Source: a virus | Virus record (IMG/VR): IMGVR_UViG_3300031746_000007 | Span: 1 to 64,000 of that record | Direction: 5' to 3' (one strand) | Length of the DNA stretch: 64,000 nt | Shown: positions 63,846 through 64,000 of the stretch, piece by piece | Numbering within the stretch: position 1 is the stretch's first letter | Layout: each line of letters opens with the position of its first letter | Notes under the pieces: generated by a model | Told to the model about the DNA's origin: nothing | Databases searched by the model: none | What the model saw: only the letters and a program-made list of their open reading frames with translations | Program-made: the position numbers and the translations under genes

Positions 63846-63998
63846 CTACTTCAACCCGAGTCGCTTGGCCGCTTTCGCGAGCGTCGTCAGGCGATGCCCG
63901 CCGCGGAAGCAGCGAAAGACCTTGCCGTCGTTCCGAACGAAGAACCGCGCTCGCGCGCGACCCTTGCCGGTCGAGAGCAGCACCCCGCCAGTCAACCA
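63846..63998 (-). CDS. partial hypothetical protein (runs off window)
   Basis: Open frame ..WLTGGVLLSTGKG..KRLGLK*. Confidence 0.45.
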   Translation of the reverse strand, partial: WLTGGVLLSTGKGRARARFFVRNDGKVFRCFRGGHRLTTLAKAAKRLGLK

Positions 63999-64000
63999 GT

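Overview
This 64-kb window is part of a high-GC tailed-phage (or prophage/episomal phage) genome of myovirus type; no host chromosomal genes, rRNA, tRNA or CRISPR array were recognised. Nearly all genes are on the minus strand. Read in transcription order (right to left) it contains: (i) a ~17-kb early/accessory region (47.3-64 kb) of small genes punctuated by 16 copies of one conserved promoter-like repeat (TTGACA-N17-GAC(G/A)(A/C)T with a conserved AATGAGAC box), carrying a GNAT effector, a RadC/JAB gene and an oppositely oriented zeta-kinase + ART/zincin block; (ii) a Cre/Xer-like tyrosine recombinase, XRE HTH, ParB-like protein, large terminase and portal; (iii) an unusually crowded head region (RyR-domain, HAD, two HNH, EndoVII, an RSE ADP-ribosyltransferase, MuF-like protein, many small motif-sharing proteins, scaffold, major capsid protein); (iv) neck, sheath, tube, a tail chaperone with a predicted -1 frameshift, short tape measure, baseplate, and four paralogous fibre/spike genes; (v) a lysis cassette with a MshEN-fold protein between a holin-like gene and an amidase endolysin. 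Most notable: three unrelated enzymes at distant loci (ART; ART-like + metallopeptidase; GNAT) share one ~25-aa N-terminal tag, with two further short tags on other proteins, suggesting a modular tag-and-cargo system for virion-delivered effectors. Also notable are the promoter-delimited cassette array ending at a recombinase, the MshEN lysis-linked gene, and a structured ~310-nt RNA downstream of the capsid gene. All protein calls are by motif recognition from memory, not database searches.
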